From an uncultured Pseudomonadota bacterium (GTDB lineage Bacteria > Bdellovibrionota_B > Oligoflexia > Oligoflexales > CAIYRB01), in the NCBI GenBank assembly GCA_903928445.1, contig CAIYRB010000076.1, positions 3,893 to 67,892 of the forward strand: 64,000 nucleotides of DNA, given 5' to 3'. Below the pieces are notes generated by a model. It saw nothing but the letters and a program-made list of their open reading frames with translations, was not told the origin of the DNA and did not search any database. How positions within the stretch are numbered: position 1 is the stretch's first letter; every line of letters starts with the position of its first letter. Both the position numbers and the translations under genes were made by a program. Below are positions 31,728 through 41,649 of this stretch, piece by piece.

Positions 31728-33863
31728 GTGGCGGCCCCGATTGGCGCTTTCCAGCGACCCCAGCCCGCGGCTGCATGGAAGTGGACCGTTTTTGGACTGA
31801 CCCTGCTGGTGCTGGCGGTGTTTGGGCGTACCCTAAGCTACCCCTTCGTGCCCTACGACGACGCCCTGAACCTGACGGAAAACCCACTGATTGTCGCGCC
31901 GAGCGCGGCACCGCTGCAGGCGATCTGGCAGGCGCCATTTAGTAAGCTCTATATTCCCGTGGTCTATTCCATTTGGTATGGGCTGACCAAAGTGGCGGGA
32001 GCGGCGATCAGCGTCGATGGGGTGCTGACCTTTGCCGCTCCCCCGTTTCATACCCTCAATGTCGTGCTGCACTTGTGGAGCACCCTTTGGGTCCTGGCGC
32101 TGCTTCGGCGTTATGTGCACAGTCCTGTCGCGGTGGCGTTGGGGGCTGCGGTATACGCGGTGCATCCACTGCAGGTGGAGGCAGTGGCCTGGGCCTCTGG
32201 GGGTAAAGATACGATATTTGCGGCGCTTGCCTGGCCAGCGCTATGGGGCTTCGTGCGCTTTTGTCAGCGCGGTAGGGTATCCAGCGCGGTGTGGGCGACA
32301 CTTTGCTTTGGCTTGGCTCTGTTGGCAAAGCCGACGGCGGTGGTGCTTCCCGGTGCGGCGTTGGTCTTGAGCTGGGGGCTGCGCTACGGCCCTAACAAGT
32401 TGGCTGCGGGGTCGCGGCGTCGAGGCCTTGCGCTCAGCGGAGGGTGGCTGCTGTTGGCGCTGCCGCTGGCGTGGATGACGATGGAGGTGCAGCCGCCGAC
32501 CGCCGCTGCTGCCGCTATTTCGTTCGGGCAAAGATGCCTCATCGCCATCGATACGGCGGGATTTTACCTCTGGCGCATGCTGTTGCCCTGGCCGCTTACG
32601 GTGGATTATGGGCGCACACCGCAGTTTGTGCTTGAGGACGTTTGGCATTGGCTACCCCACCTTGGGTTGTTGGCGGTGTTGCTTGGGCTGCTATGCACTC
32701 GGTTTAGACCGGGGTTGCTCCTGCCATCATTATTTATCCTGGCTGCGCTGCTTCCGGTCCTTGGCTTTGTGTCATTTGACTTCCAGGTGAATTCAACCGT
32801 TGCGGACCGGTATATGTATCTGCCGGTCTTTGGCTTTGCCTTGGCTCTGGCTTGGGCCGTGGACGCAGTGCTAGGGATGCAATGGACGAGCCGAGTGCGT
32901 GGAGTGCGTGGAGTACGTGCAGTACGCGCTTGTTATGGATGCTTTGCGGCAGTCGTTGCCGCGTATGCTTGTTTGAGTTGGGTGCAGGCAGGCTTTTGGC
33001 GAAGCGGTGAGAGCCTCTTTGAACATGCGTTGCAGGTCAATCCGCGCAGTCCCTTGGTGCACCACTGCTATGGGGCAGCACTGGTACAGGCGGGGCAGCT
33101 GGATGCAGCCCTCGAGCACTTTCATGCGGCGCTGCGGCAACGGCCGGTGTTTCGCCCGGTGCAATACAACCTGGGCGTGGTCTTAGAGCGCCAGGAGCGA
33201 CTCGAGGCGGCGCTCGAGGCCTTTATGCAACTGCAGTCGGAGCTAAAAACCTGGCCACCGGCGTTTATTTATGCGCATCCGACGGAGGCAGATCCAGAGA
33301 TGTTTGAGGCGCCGGCCAGGGCGGCGCGATTGCTAAAACGCTATGAGCTGGCGGCGAGCGTGCTCAGAACAGCGCAGGAACTTTTCCCCAATCGGCCGCA
33401 GGTTTATTGGCATCAGGCTCTGCTTGCTGCTGACCAAGGTCAAAACAGCGCTGCTGCTTTGGCCTTTCGTCATGCTCTGGCGCTGAGTCCAGACTCAGCG
33501 GCGATCCACGCCTCGTACGGCGATGTGCTCGAAGCTCAAGGTGACTTTAGAGCAGCAGAGCAGGAATACCTAAAGGCCTTACAGTTACAGCCGGGCTTTG
33601 CCGCGGCGCATATCAACTTCGGCGGTCTACTCGCGCGGCAGCAGCGCTTTGCGGACGCTGAACAACACTTTCGCCGCGCCGTCGCGGTGGCTCCTACCAT
33701 GGCCCTGGCCCATGTCAATTTGGCGATATTACTCGAGCAAACCGGGCGCACCGACGAGGCGCTAAGCGCCTATAAACAGGCGTTGACCTTTGACGCCGCG
33801 CGCGAAGACGCTCGGCAAGGTCTGGCGCGACTTACTCACCTTAGCAGTCAGGGGGCAAGGTGA
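31728..33863 (+). CDS. TMTC-like GT-C glycosyltransferase with C-terminal TPRs
   Basis: YDD..N...NP, LYIP, FH.LNV.LH, HPLQVEAVAW, LAKP, ADRYMYLP, multiple TPRs. Confidence 0.85.
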   Translation: MAAPIGAFQRPQPAAAWKWTVFGLTLLVLAVFGRTLSYPFVPYDDALNLTENPLIVAPSAAPLQAIWQAPFSKLYIPVVYSIWYGLTKVAGAAISVDGVLTFAAPPFHTLNVVLHLWSTLWVLALLRRYVHSPVAVALGAAVYAVHPLQVEAVAWASGGKDTIFAALAWPALWGFVRFCQRGRVSSAVWATLCFGLALLAKPTAVVLPGAALVLSWGLRYGPNKLAAGSRRRGLALSGGWLLLALPLAWMTMEVQPPTAAAAAISFGQRCLIAIDTAGFYLWRMLLPWPLTVDYGRTPQFVLEDVWHWLPHLGLLAVLLGLLCTRFRPGLLLPSLFILAALLPVLGFVSFDFQVNSTVADRYMYLPVFGFALALAWAVDAVLGMQWTSRVRGVRGVRAVRACYGCFAAVVAAYACLSWVQAGFWRSGESLFEHALQVNPRSPLVHHCYGAALVQAGQLDAALEHFHAALRQRPVFRPVQYNLGVVLERQERLEAALEAFMQLQSELKTWPPAFIYAHPTEADPEMFEAPARAARLLKRYELAASVLRTAQELFPNRPQVYWHQALLAADQGQNSAAALAFRHALALSPDSAAIHASYGDVLEAQGDFRAAEQEYLKALQLQPGFAAAHINFGGLLARQQRFADAEQHFRRAVAVAPTMALAHVNLAILLEQTGRTDEALSAYKQALTFDAAREDARQGLARLTHLSSQGAR

Positions 33864-35518
33864 CGAGACGGCAGACTGTGGCGGCAGGAGCGGCGACACG
33901 GGTCTTGGTGGTCGTGTTGGCGGCTGTGTTGGTTATTGTGGCCGTGGTCTACGGGCGCAGCCTAGGTTACGGCTTTTTATCCTGGGACGACGACCAAAAC
34001 GTGACGGCTAATCGCATACTCTTAGAGGGTCCGTGGTGGCGCTTTTGGTTCGCGCCGTACCAAGGACTATATATTCCTCCGGTCTATACGCTTTGGTCGA
34101 TCTTGGCAGCTTTGCAATCGCCGCTAAACCCGCTGCTGTTTCACGGCGTGAATGTCCTGCTGCACCTGGCGAATACGCTTTTAGTGCTGTTTCTCGCGCG
34201 GCGTTTTATGCCATCTGGCGGTGCGCTGGCCGCTGCGGCCTTTGCTGCGCTGCTCTTTGCGCTGCACCCACTGCAGGTTGAGACCGTTGCTTGGGTGACT
34301 GGGTGCCGCGACCTACTCTGCGCGTTTTGGCTCCTACTGGCGACCCTGCTCTATCTGCGAGCTGAAGGGCGGCTTTGGCCTAGTGCTTTTGCCTGGCTGG
34401 TCTTTGTCGTGGCCCTGCTGAGTAAACCGTCGGCGGTGGCCTTGCCCGCGGCCTTGTTGTTGCTGGATATCATCGCTTGTCAAACGCCGTGGCGAAAAGC
34501 GTTGCTGCGCTTGCTGCCGTGGTTCGCGCTGGTGCCGCCGGTCGTGATCATCACCCAGCAGGTTCAAGCCGAGGGCGTTGACCAAGCGTTGCAGCAATTG
34601 ACACTGTGGCAGCGCTCGGTCGTGGCACTCGACAGTTTCGGCTTTTACGCTGGTAAAGCGCTATGGCCGTCGGGCCTGGCGATCGATTATGGGCACTCAC
34701 CGCAGCTGGTTTTAGCGGGGCAGGGTTTGGCCGTGGACCTTGCCGTGCTTGGCGGGGTCGTCTTGACGGTGATTTTTTGCCGCGGGAGGTTGCGTCGTCC
34801 TGGTCTTGGGTGGTTGCTGTGGGGGGCGGCGTTGATGCTGCCGACGTCGGGCCTCGTGGTCTTCTCGTATCAGCATACCTCGACCGTCGCCGATCATTAT
34901 GTTTATGTGCCTTTAGTGGGTATGGCGATCGCCGCTGCCTGGCTTCTCAGTGGGCTAGAGGGTCGAAGTCGAGTGGCCTTAGGGTCGGTGTTAGTGCTCG
35001 CGGCCGGCGTGACGTCGAGTCTGAGGCTGCCCGTCTGGAGTGGTGACGAGTCCCTTTATCCTGCCATGGTCGCGAGCAAACCGCGTAGCTTTGCTGGACT
35101 CATCGGCCTGGCGGCCATGTCGCTACGCGCAAAGCGCTATGAGGAAGCACTCGGCTATGTCAATAAAGCCCAGGAGGTTGAGCCACTAAACATAGCTGCT
35201 TTAGCTGATAAGGGCCTGGCCTTAGCCCGGCTTGGGCGCTACAGTGAGCTACTTGCCGAGCTAGGTACGAAGATGCCGGATCGCAAACTGATCTTGGACT
35301 ATCCGCTGTCGGCGCCGGATATGGCGACCTTGCTGATGACCGTCGCGTTTGCGCAGATAAGGACCGGCCAGGCCAAAGAAAGCTTGCCGACCTTATGCCG
35401 GGCTCGGTTTGCCGATGCGGCGAATCCGGACGTGCTGACCTTTGTGCCGATGGTGGCTGAGTATTTGGGGAAAAAGGCCGATGATCCGGATTTGTGCGAG
35501 GCGGATTATCGACGGTAG
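33860..35518 (+). CDS. TMTC-like GT-C glycosyltransferase with short TPR tail
   Basis: WDDDQN, LYIP, HPLQVETVAW, LSKP, ADHYVYVP; GTGA overlap with the upstream paralogue. Confidence 0.85.
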   Translation: MTRRQTVAAGAATRVLVVVLAAVLVIVAVVYGRSLGYGFLSWDDDQNVTANRILLEGPWWRFWFAPYQGLYIPPVYTLWSILAALQSPLNPLLFHGVNVLLHLANTLLVLFLARRFMPSGGALAAAAFAALLFALHPLQVETVAWVTGCRDLLCAFWLLLATLLYLRAEGRLWPSAFAWLVFVVALLSKPSAVALPAALLLLDIIACQTPWRKALLRLLPWFALVPPVVIITQQVQAEGVDQALQQLTLWQRSVVALDSFGFYAGKALWPSGLAIDYGHSPQLVLAGQGLAVDLAVLGGVVLTVIFCRGRLRRPGLGWLLWGAALMLPTSGLVVFSYQHTSTVADHYVYVPLVGMAIAAAWLLSGLEGRSRVALGSVLVLAAGVTSSLRLPVWSGDESLYPAMVASKPRSFAGLIGLAAMSLRAKRYEEALGYVNKAQEVEPLNIAALADKGLALARLGRYSELLAELGTKMPDRKLILDYPLSAPDMATLLMTVAFAQIRTGQAKESLPTLCRARFADAANPDVLTFVPMVAEYLGKKADDPDLCEADYRR

Positions 35519-35563
35519 GCGCGGCACACTGACTGAAACGGACCGTCTCTAGAGCCCTCTCAA

Positions 35564-35581
35564 GCTGGGCCGGGGCCCAGC
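35564..35581. terminator. GC-rich hairpin between convergent genes
   Basis: GCTGGGCC-GG-GGCCCAGC followed by CGTTTT. Confidence 0.4.
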
Positions 35582-35603
35582 CGTTTTGGCCATGATGTGC
35601 CAA

Positions 35604-36449
35604 TCAGTGGCCGAGAATAGTAACGGCATCACTACTAGTGTCCGGGAGCGAGACAATCATCTCGTCGCTAACGACGCCTATTGACACGGATGCGCTGCTA
35701 ATACTGGTTGCGAATGCATTCTCCACCGTGATTCTTACTTTGTTAGGCCCCACAGACTGGCTGCAGACCGCCGTGCCAAGGGATCCCTGGTAGGGCGCCA
35801 GAGGTTGCCCAAAGCTGGCAGCATCAGGAAATGAACTGGGCTGGTAACTAGGGATGCGGCTACCCGTTTGATTTGTTGTGATCCGCAGAGCCGGCACTTG
35901 GTTAGCACCACAATTGGCGCTGGAGAGGCATTGCCGCGGGGCCGTTTTGGTGTTGCTAAAAGCGCTTTTGCTCTGGCTGAGGTAGCTTCCGGCACCGTAA
36001 ATTTTACTTAGGAAGCTGCCAAAGGTACCGGATGCAGCCGAAGGAATCCCAGTGCAGGTCGTCTGATAGGTAACTTTATAAGAGGCGTCGGCTAAACTCG
36101 GATTGTAAGTCTGTTGGCGGGTAATCGCCAGACTGAACCCGTTTGAACTTATAGACGTTCCCGAAGGCATTCCGTAGCTCTGGTCGCGCTTGATAATGCT
36201 CAGGACCTGCTTGTTGGTGCGGATGGCAGCGGCACGTGCCTGCGTTGAAGATGTAGCGTCTGCGCTACCCTTCAAATAAATAGTCAGCACCGAGATTACG
36301 ATCCCGGCTAAACCGATACCGACTAAGGTTTCCACCAAGGTAAATCCATTGACCGCTTGAGTCCTAGATCCCACAGGCCGATGGAGCTTTAGCAACACAA
36401 ATCGTCTCAAACTGGCCCCCTTGATAACTGGTTGAACCGTCGGTACCAA
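35604..36449 (-). CDS. type IV minor pilin/pseudopilin-like protein (PilW-like)
   Basis: Class III signal G|FTLVE followed by hydrophobic helix; Ser/Thr-rich with four Cys; start codon uncertain. Confidence 0.8.
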   Translation of the reverse strand: MVPTVQPVIKGASLRRFVLLKLHRPVGSRTQAVNGFTLVETLVGIGLAGIVISVLTIYLKGSADATSSTQARAAAIRTNKQVLSIIKRDQSYGMPSGTSISSNGFSLAITRQQTYNPSLADASYKVTYQTTCTGIPSAASGTFGSFLSKIYGAGSYLSQSKSAFSNTKTAPRQCLSSANCGANQVPALRITTNQTGSRIPSYQPSSFPDAASFGQPLAPYQGSLGTAVCSQSVGPNKVRITVENAFATSISSASVSIGVVSDEMIVSLPDTSSDAVTILGH

Positions 36450-36528
36450 GTCAATAGTCGGCGAAATCCTAGCTCGAAGTTAGCGATCAAAAAAAATCGC
36501 AATGATATTAATATACTATCGCGTACAT

Positions 36529-36556
36529 TTAAGTTCGTGCCGTAAATTGCCGATAG
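36529..36556 (+). promoter_or_regulatory. putative sigma28-type promoter of the pilin pair
   Basis: TTAA(GTT)-N16-GCCGATAG upstream of 36613. Confidence 0.55.
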
Positions 36557-36612
36557 TTCACGGTGTTTGGCAGGAATTCGAATCTTAACACTTACAGATT
36601 CATGGACACCCT

Positions 36613-37314
36613 ATGGCTCCCTGGGATCACAGCAATGTAGTTCATGGCTTAGGCCACGATGCGAATGGCTTCGGGATTATCGAAGCGCTCGTTGCGCTTG
36701 TGATCTTAGGAATCGCCGGCGGCGTTTATATGGTGGGATCGCAGAATAGCCTCAGCGCTCGTCAGCGGGTCGATAGTTCCGCAATGGCCGCGTCGGTGGA
36801 TCAGGCCTTTGCGACTTACAATCGCGACATGCTGCGCCTCTTATCGCCAACATCTTGTCTGGTCCCAAGTGTCTTTAGCAACATCCCTTTTAGCAACACG
36901 AGTGGTGGTTTGTATTTTACGTCGACCATCGGCCAAAAACTGACGGCCGCTCAAAAATCCTCCCTAAAAGATTCGCAGGTAGCAGGACCAGCCGTAGTCC
37001 GATGTAGTAATCCGATGTTTATCAGCAACGTGAACGCGACAAATTCTAATCGTCTTTATTACTGCCTGGAATTTAATCAAGTGCTCACCGCGGCGCCAGG
37101 ATCGATCACGGCGTCGCCACACGCATTTGCAGAGGTGGCGGTGACACTCGTCGACGCCGGGACCAACATGCCGGCTTCATGTAGTCAATTTCAAACCATG
37201 GGTAGCGCTGGCGCGGAGGTGTCGTACTCACTTTATTGGCAGACCAACGTTGGGGGCACTAGCACCTACTTTCGTCGACAAGGAATCTACTTTGCTAAAG
37301 TATCGCCCAACTGA
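36613..37314 (+). CDS. type IV minor pilin-like protein (PilV-like)
   Basis: G|FGIIE ALVALVILGI class III signal; four Cys. Confidence 0.8.
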   Translation: MAPWDHSNVVHGLGHDANGFGIIEALVALVILGIAGGVYMVGSQNSLSARQRVDSSAMAASVDQAFATYNRDMLRLLSPTSCLVPSVFSNIPFSNTSGGLYFTSTIGQKLTAAQKSSLKDSQVAGPAVVRCSNPMFISNVNATNSNRLYYCLEFNQVLTAAPGSITASPHAFAEVAVTLVDAGTNMPASCSQFQTMGSAGAEVSYSLYWQTNVGGTSTYFRRQGIYFAKVSPN

Positions 37315-38260
37315 TTCAACTGGCTTATTGGCATGCATCCTGCGTCCAGTAGGTTGCGGCGTTCGCAGTCAGCGAGCGCTTCAGGGTGGTAATGTATCGA
37401 TGATTCTGGCAGCTCTGATTGGCGCAGGAGTCATGCTTGCCGCACTGAGTATGCAATTGACGACAACAAATTTGCGTGGCAAAGAGTTGAAACTGAATCG
37501 ATCGGTTGAGGCCGCCAAACAGGCTAATCTTTCGGCGATTAACTATCTGAATGCAGCCCTAAGACCTGGCTCGTCTGGCTTGGCCAAGTATTCGATTAAT
37601 AATAATCTGGCAATCGTTGGCCAGAGCACCCAGGCCTTGCAGGTAAGTGGCGGCGGGGCCAATTTTTATCAGTTTAATCCGGATACGGCGGCCGCTCTGG
37701 CCAGCAATCAAGCGATCACCGGCAATGTGCTCAACGTCAGCGCTAACAATGCCACGGCGACCAGGCTACAAGTCATCAAAGGTCCAACCCCATGCAACGG
37801 CTATAATTGTTACGATGTGCGGGCGACGACGACCGTTGCTGGGGCTAGCCCAGTAAGCACCGTGGGGCGAATTAAGCTACTTTCGTGCGACCCACCGGGC
37901 AAGCCGTACGGAGGCTACTGTTACTATTATAGCGGCGTGGCCGCCAACTGTGGCAACACCTGCAGCGCGAAAGGAAAATCATTCGACACCACGGGTACCT
38001 TGTATGCGACAAGTAGTGATGCTATCTGTGGGACGCTCCTTAATCTCTTTGGAGCGCCGGCAGGTCCGGTCAAGCCCGCCTCGCAGCATCCGAAGCAAGT
38101 TTTTATGATCTCGATCCCCCAGGATGTCGGATGTAAATATTATGATGGCACCTATATGGGCATGCCGTTTGGAATGACGTGGAAGGGGCGCTGGCGACTT
38201 CCTACAGTGAGCGCCAATGAATCGTTTGATGGTGTGAATCTGGTTTGCGGCTGTAAGTGA
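37250..38260 (+). CDS. PilX/GspK-like minor pilin with Cys-rich C-terminal domain
   Basis: G|NVSMILAALIGAGV (no Glu5), C-terminal CDPPGKPYGGYCYY...C...C...CGC; start uncertain. Confidence 0.6.
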   Translation: MGALAPTFVDKESTLLKYRPTDSTGLLACILRPVGCGVRSQRALQGGNVSMILAALIGAGVMLAALSMQLTTTNLRGKELKLNRSVEAAKQANLSAINYLNAALRPGSSGLAKYSINNNLAIVGQSTQALQVSGGGANFYQFNPDTAAALASNQAITGNVLNVSANNATATRLQVIKGPTPCNGYNCYDVRATTTVAGASPVSTVGRIKLLSCDPPGKPYGGYCYYYSGVAANCGNTCSAKGKSFDTTGTLYATSSDAICGTLLNLFGAPAGPVKPASQHPKQVFMISIPQDVGCKYYDGTYMGMPFGMTWKGRWRLPTVSANESFDGVNLVCGCK

Positions 38261-38433
38261 AAGTACTGCTATTGGCAATCGGCAGCGCACCGCTGACGGT
38301 GTAGCAGCCGCGGTGCTGCTTCGGTCTTAGGTCGCCTGGAGCATCCGGGCATAGGTCGCGGTTCGCAAGATGCCTATTGGCCGAGGTCGATCTCGGATAA
38401 AGATCTCCAGACCTCGGATCAAAGTACAACTTG

Positions 38434-39492
38434 TCAGCGCGGATTTTGTGTTTCAAACGAGACCGTCGCCATCAGTGACTGACTTACTTGAGCCTGATCG
38501 ACGAGCAGCGGTTCGCGTTTTGAACGAAACTCGTAGACCAAAGCCGACCAGCTGGTCCAGTTTAGTGAGACGCTGCCGCCGACGTCGGTGCTTGTCAGCT
38601 GGCCCGCACTGCGGCCCTTGCCGTCGCTTTTTGGCGTATGCTCAAAAGGCCTCAAGGCTTCGGCGAAGAGGCGGTAGCCAAACTTCTTCTCGATAAGGAG
38701 GCCTGAAACCGTCGCCAAGGTCTCGAAGCCGAGTTCGGTCGTATCTTGAAGCTCCTTCACGCTAACGACCCCATCCCGCTCCTTGCCGAGAACTTTTTGA
38801 CCGTTGGCTGAAATCTGCCTAGCGCCGAGACCACCGCGGACTTCCAACGTTAGTGACTCATACTCGACCGGGCGTGCTAGGAGGCCTATCGTTTCTTTTC
38901 TTGCGAACGGCCGCAGCGGCCGACTGAGATGCAAACGATCCGTGGTCACCTGCTCCGACGTACCGTTCGCATGACTAATGGCGTATGTCCGAGGCGTAGG
39001 CCGGAGGTCGTAGCTATCGAACAACGAGGTATCGATCGCCGCACGACCAAAGGCGCCGACCCAAGGCAGGGCGCGAAAGAAATCAACGTATAGTGATTCA
39101 AACCGCAACTCATCGCGATTGGAGTTATACTCCGAGAGAGCTTGGGCACGGACGATCGCCTCAGCAACGTTCAGGGTGTTCTTCCATTCACTTAGTGAAA
39201 AGCGCCCAGTGACGAAGCTGTCCAGCTTCAAACCAAAGGTCGATGAAAAGCCGCTCTCCTTGCCAACAACGTTTTTCTGGCTGTCCATATTGGCGCCGCC
39301 CTGGAGTTTCAGCCCGTGCGTCCACCCAGCCTTCACGTCGTCAACGGCCAGCGAGTCGGGAATAAAAGCAGGTTCAGCTTTTGGGCCCTGACCAGCAGTA
39401 TTTTCTGCTTTAACGACTGGCGAAATAAGCAAAAGCAACGCTAGCATCGACCAAAAAACGGTGTATCGAACTAAGACAACATGGCGACTCAT
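38434..39492 (-). CDS. outer-membrane beta-barrel protein (DUF3078-like)
   Basis: Signal peptide, GW...L..G....Q.NVVG, EWKNTL, DELRFESLY, alternating strands, near-terminal Phe. Confidence 0.65.
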   Translation of the reverse strand: MSRHVVLVRYTVFWSMLALLLLISPVVKAENTAGQGPKAEPAFIPDSLAVDDVKAGWTHGLKLQGGANMDSQKNVVGKESGFSSTFGLKLDSFVTGRFSLSEWKNTLNVAEAIVRAQALSEYNSNRDELRFESLYVDFFRALPWVGAFGRAAIDTSLFDSYDLRPTPRTYAISHANGTSEQVTTDRLHLSRPLRPFARKETIGLLARPVEYESLTLEVRGGLGARQISANGQKVLGKERDGVVSVKELQDTTELGFETLATVSGLLIEKKFGYRLFAEALRPFEHTPKSDGKGRSAGQLTSTDVGGSVSLNWTSWSALVYEFRSKREPLLVDQAQVSQSLMATVSFETQNPR

Positions 39493-39802
39493 GCGTGGGT
39501 TTCCTGTAAGCAGTTGACAAATAAAGCTATATTCAAAGGTCCTTAGTAACCAAAACGAAGGGATTTGTACCCGCGTGTTTGGGCCAATGCAATGGTAATT
39601 TGGGGAGGGAGAGAGTCATGGCGTGGGTTTGGTCCGGTGGAAGGACCCCTTGCGCCACTCTCAGCGATAGCTCCTGCTCCAGCAGTGTTCTGACCTGCCA
39701 AGAAGTGATTTCTTGTGGGTAATGGTGGTTGTGGGGTTGTCGCGCAACACGCGACCTGGGTGCTTCGGTAGTGGCTTGGCTACTCGTTTGCAGGATGACT
39801 GA

Positions 39803-41200
39803 TCAGATCGACGGGTCTGCCAGGTTGCCTTTAAACTCTAGGCCATGGAGCAGCTCCGGCGGCACGACTGGATAAGGACCGCCTTGCGGATAGATTAGCG
39901 GCATCACAATGCCATAGGGCTCGAATGTGGCGTTCATGGCCGCGAGCACGGAATAGAGTCCCCACCATACCCGGTTGACGAGGGTTAGTTCCGGTGGCAT
40001 CGAAGTCCGCAGAAAGTCGGCGTTTCGCGAAATATATTGGGTCATCGCCGCGACAAAGTCCCCGGTAAAGGTAAACTCACCGGGTACCAAATAGGGCCGC
40101 ATGAGGGCCAGGCTCGTGCCGCGCACCTTCACGAAGTCCAGCCCGTCCGGTCTTGGCGCGAGTCCTTCACTAATCGCCGATGCCTTGAAGCGCTGCAAAT
40201 CGCCGGAGAGCGCCGCGTGGACCAAGCGGCGCTGACCGTCGATAAATGCAGGCTGCCAATGTCTGACACAACCATAGTCGAGAAACACCACGTCCTGATC
40301 GGTAAAAAGATAGTTACCCGGGTGAGGGTCACCGTTGAAGCAGCGGTGACGCCAGATCGCGTCGTAGACCAGCGTATAGATCGTGGCGCCGGCGCGGTTC
40401 TTCTCTTGTTGACTGGCGCTTGCGATGAATTCCGCAAATCGCCTTCCCGCGACGAACTCCGTGGCCAATACCCGGCGACTGGTATAATCCGGGTAGGTCT
40501 TCGGGAATCGCACCCCCTCGCGGCCAGCGAACAGGCTGCGAAAATGATCGAGGTTTTGCATCTCGCGCAGGTAATCACACTCCTCGGCGAGTCGCTCTTT
40601 GAGCTCGTCGATAATGCCCGAAGCCTTGCCGGGAAGGATCATATCGAGGGCGCGGCCGAGCAAGGCGAGATTGCGGAAGTCGGAAGTAAACGCCTCCTTG
40701 ATTTCCGGATACTGCACTTTAATGGCCAGGATCTCGCCGGCGTGGGTGACGGCGCGATGGACTTGTCCAATGGATGCCGCCGCAATGGGCGTTTCGTTCC
40801 AGGACTTGAATAGCTCTTCCGGATATTTGCCCAGCTCGCTCTTGATGAGGCCACGTACAACCTGCGGATGCATGGCGGGCGTTGAATCCTGCAACGTGGC
40901 GAGTATCTTGCGCGCCGACTCTGGCAGCCCGCTGTCCATGTAGCTGAGAATCTGTCCGATCTTCATGGCCAGGCCTTTGAGCTTGCCGGCCTGCTCGGCA
41001 ATCAGGGTCGCGACGCGTTCCTTCGCAGCCCGGTCGAGGGCATCGGACTCCGCCTCGTCGGCAAAAGCGCGCTTAATCCGGTGGGTAGCCATTTCAGTGG
41101 CTAGCGCCCGGCCAAGGTTGGCGGTCTTCAATGAGCGTTCGAACCAGCCGCTGGCGATGCCCTTGAGGCCTTTGTCGACAGGATCCTTTGCCATGGTCAA
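39803..41200 (-). CDS. ABC1/UbiB (AarF) family atypical kinase
   Basis: KGLAMKIGQ, AAASIGQVH, AIKVQYP, EECDY, DPHPGNY, LDYG. Confidence 0.93.
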   Translation of the reverse strand: MTMAKDPVDKGLKGIASGWFERSLKTANLGRALATEMATHRIKRAFADEAESDALDRAAKERVATLIAEQAGKLKGLAMKIGQILSYMDSGLPESARKILATLQDSTPAMHPQVVRGLIKSELGKYPEELFKSWNETPIAAASIGQVHRAVTHAGEILAIKVQYPEIKEAFTSDFRNLALLGRALDMILPGKASGIIDELKERLAEECDYLREMQNLDHFRSLFAGREGVRFPKTYPDYTSRRVLATEFVAGRRFAEFIASASQQEKNRAGATIYTLVYDAIWRHRCFNGDPHPGNYLFTDQDVVFLDYGCVRHWQPAFIDGQRRLVHAALSGDLQRFKASAISEGLAPRPDGLDFVKVRGTSLALMRPYLVPGEFTFTGDFVAAMTQYISRNADFLRTSMPPELTLVNRVWWGLYSVLAAMNATFEPYGIVMPLIYPQGGPYPVVPPELLHGLEFKGNLADPSI

Positions 41201-41536
41201 TCCCTTGCCTGTTCGTGGTGAGTCGTGCTGTACGGCGACGAGCTTCTGAGCGACATCCAGGCATTCTGACAGGTTGCGGCAGTGAGGTCGATTAAACTCG
41301 CGGGTGCATGGGGGCTTCGCAGTCAGACACCGAGCATATAGCCCTTGATTTGAAGTTTCAACCCGAAGTCCCCCTAAGGATCGAGCGTCTCTCGGTCAAA
41401 GAGATCTTGACCAGAAGATCGCGACGAGCCCATCAACGAGACGCTCGAAAAGCTCGCTGCTCTGTTCGAGCCTGACCTTCTGCGCAAGCACTACACACCA
41501 ATATGTTAGGTGCTTTTAAGCCCATTCAGATTTTCC

Positions 41537-41564
41537 TAAAGTTTTACCTCGCCTCAACCGATAC
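41537..41564 (+). promoter_or_regulatory. putative sigma28-type promoter
   Basis: TAAAGTTT...ACCGATAC (TAAA-N16) upstream of lipoprotein ATG 41650. Confidence 0.55.
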
Positions 41565-41649
41565 GGTATTCATAACCCTGGAAAGCGTGCTTCTGAAGTT
41601 ACGAGCGGACCTTCGCAAGGCATCTGCCACTCAATTAGAGGACGACATC

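Noticed and set aside
41201-41500. Structured RNA or gene remnant upstream of the lipoprotein
   Set aside because: An 11-bp inverted repeat (TCGAGCGTCTC/GAGACGCTCGA) is present but nothing else supports a call
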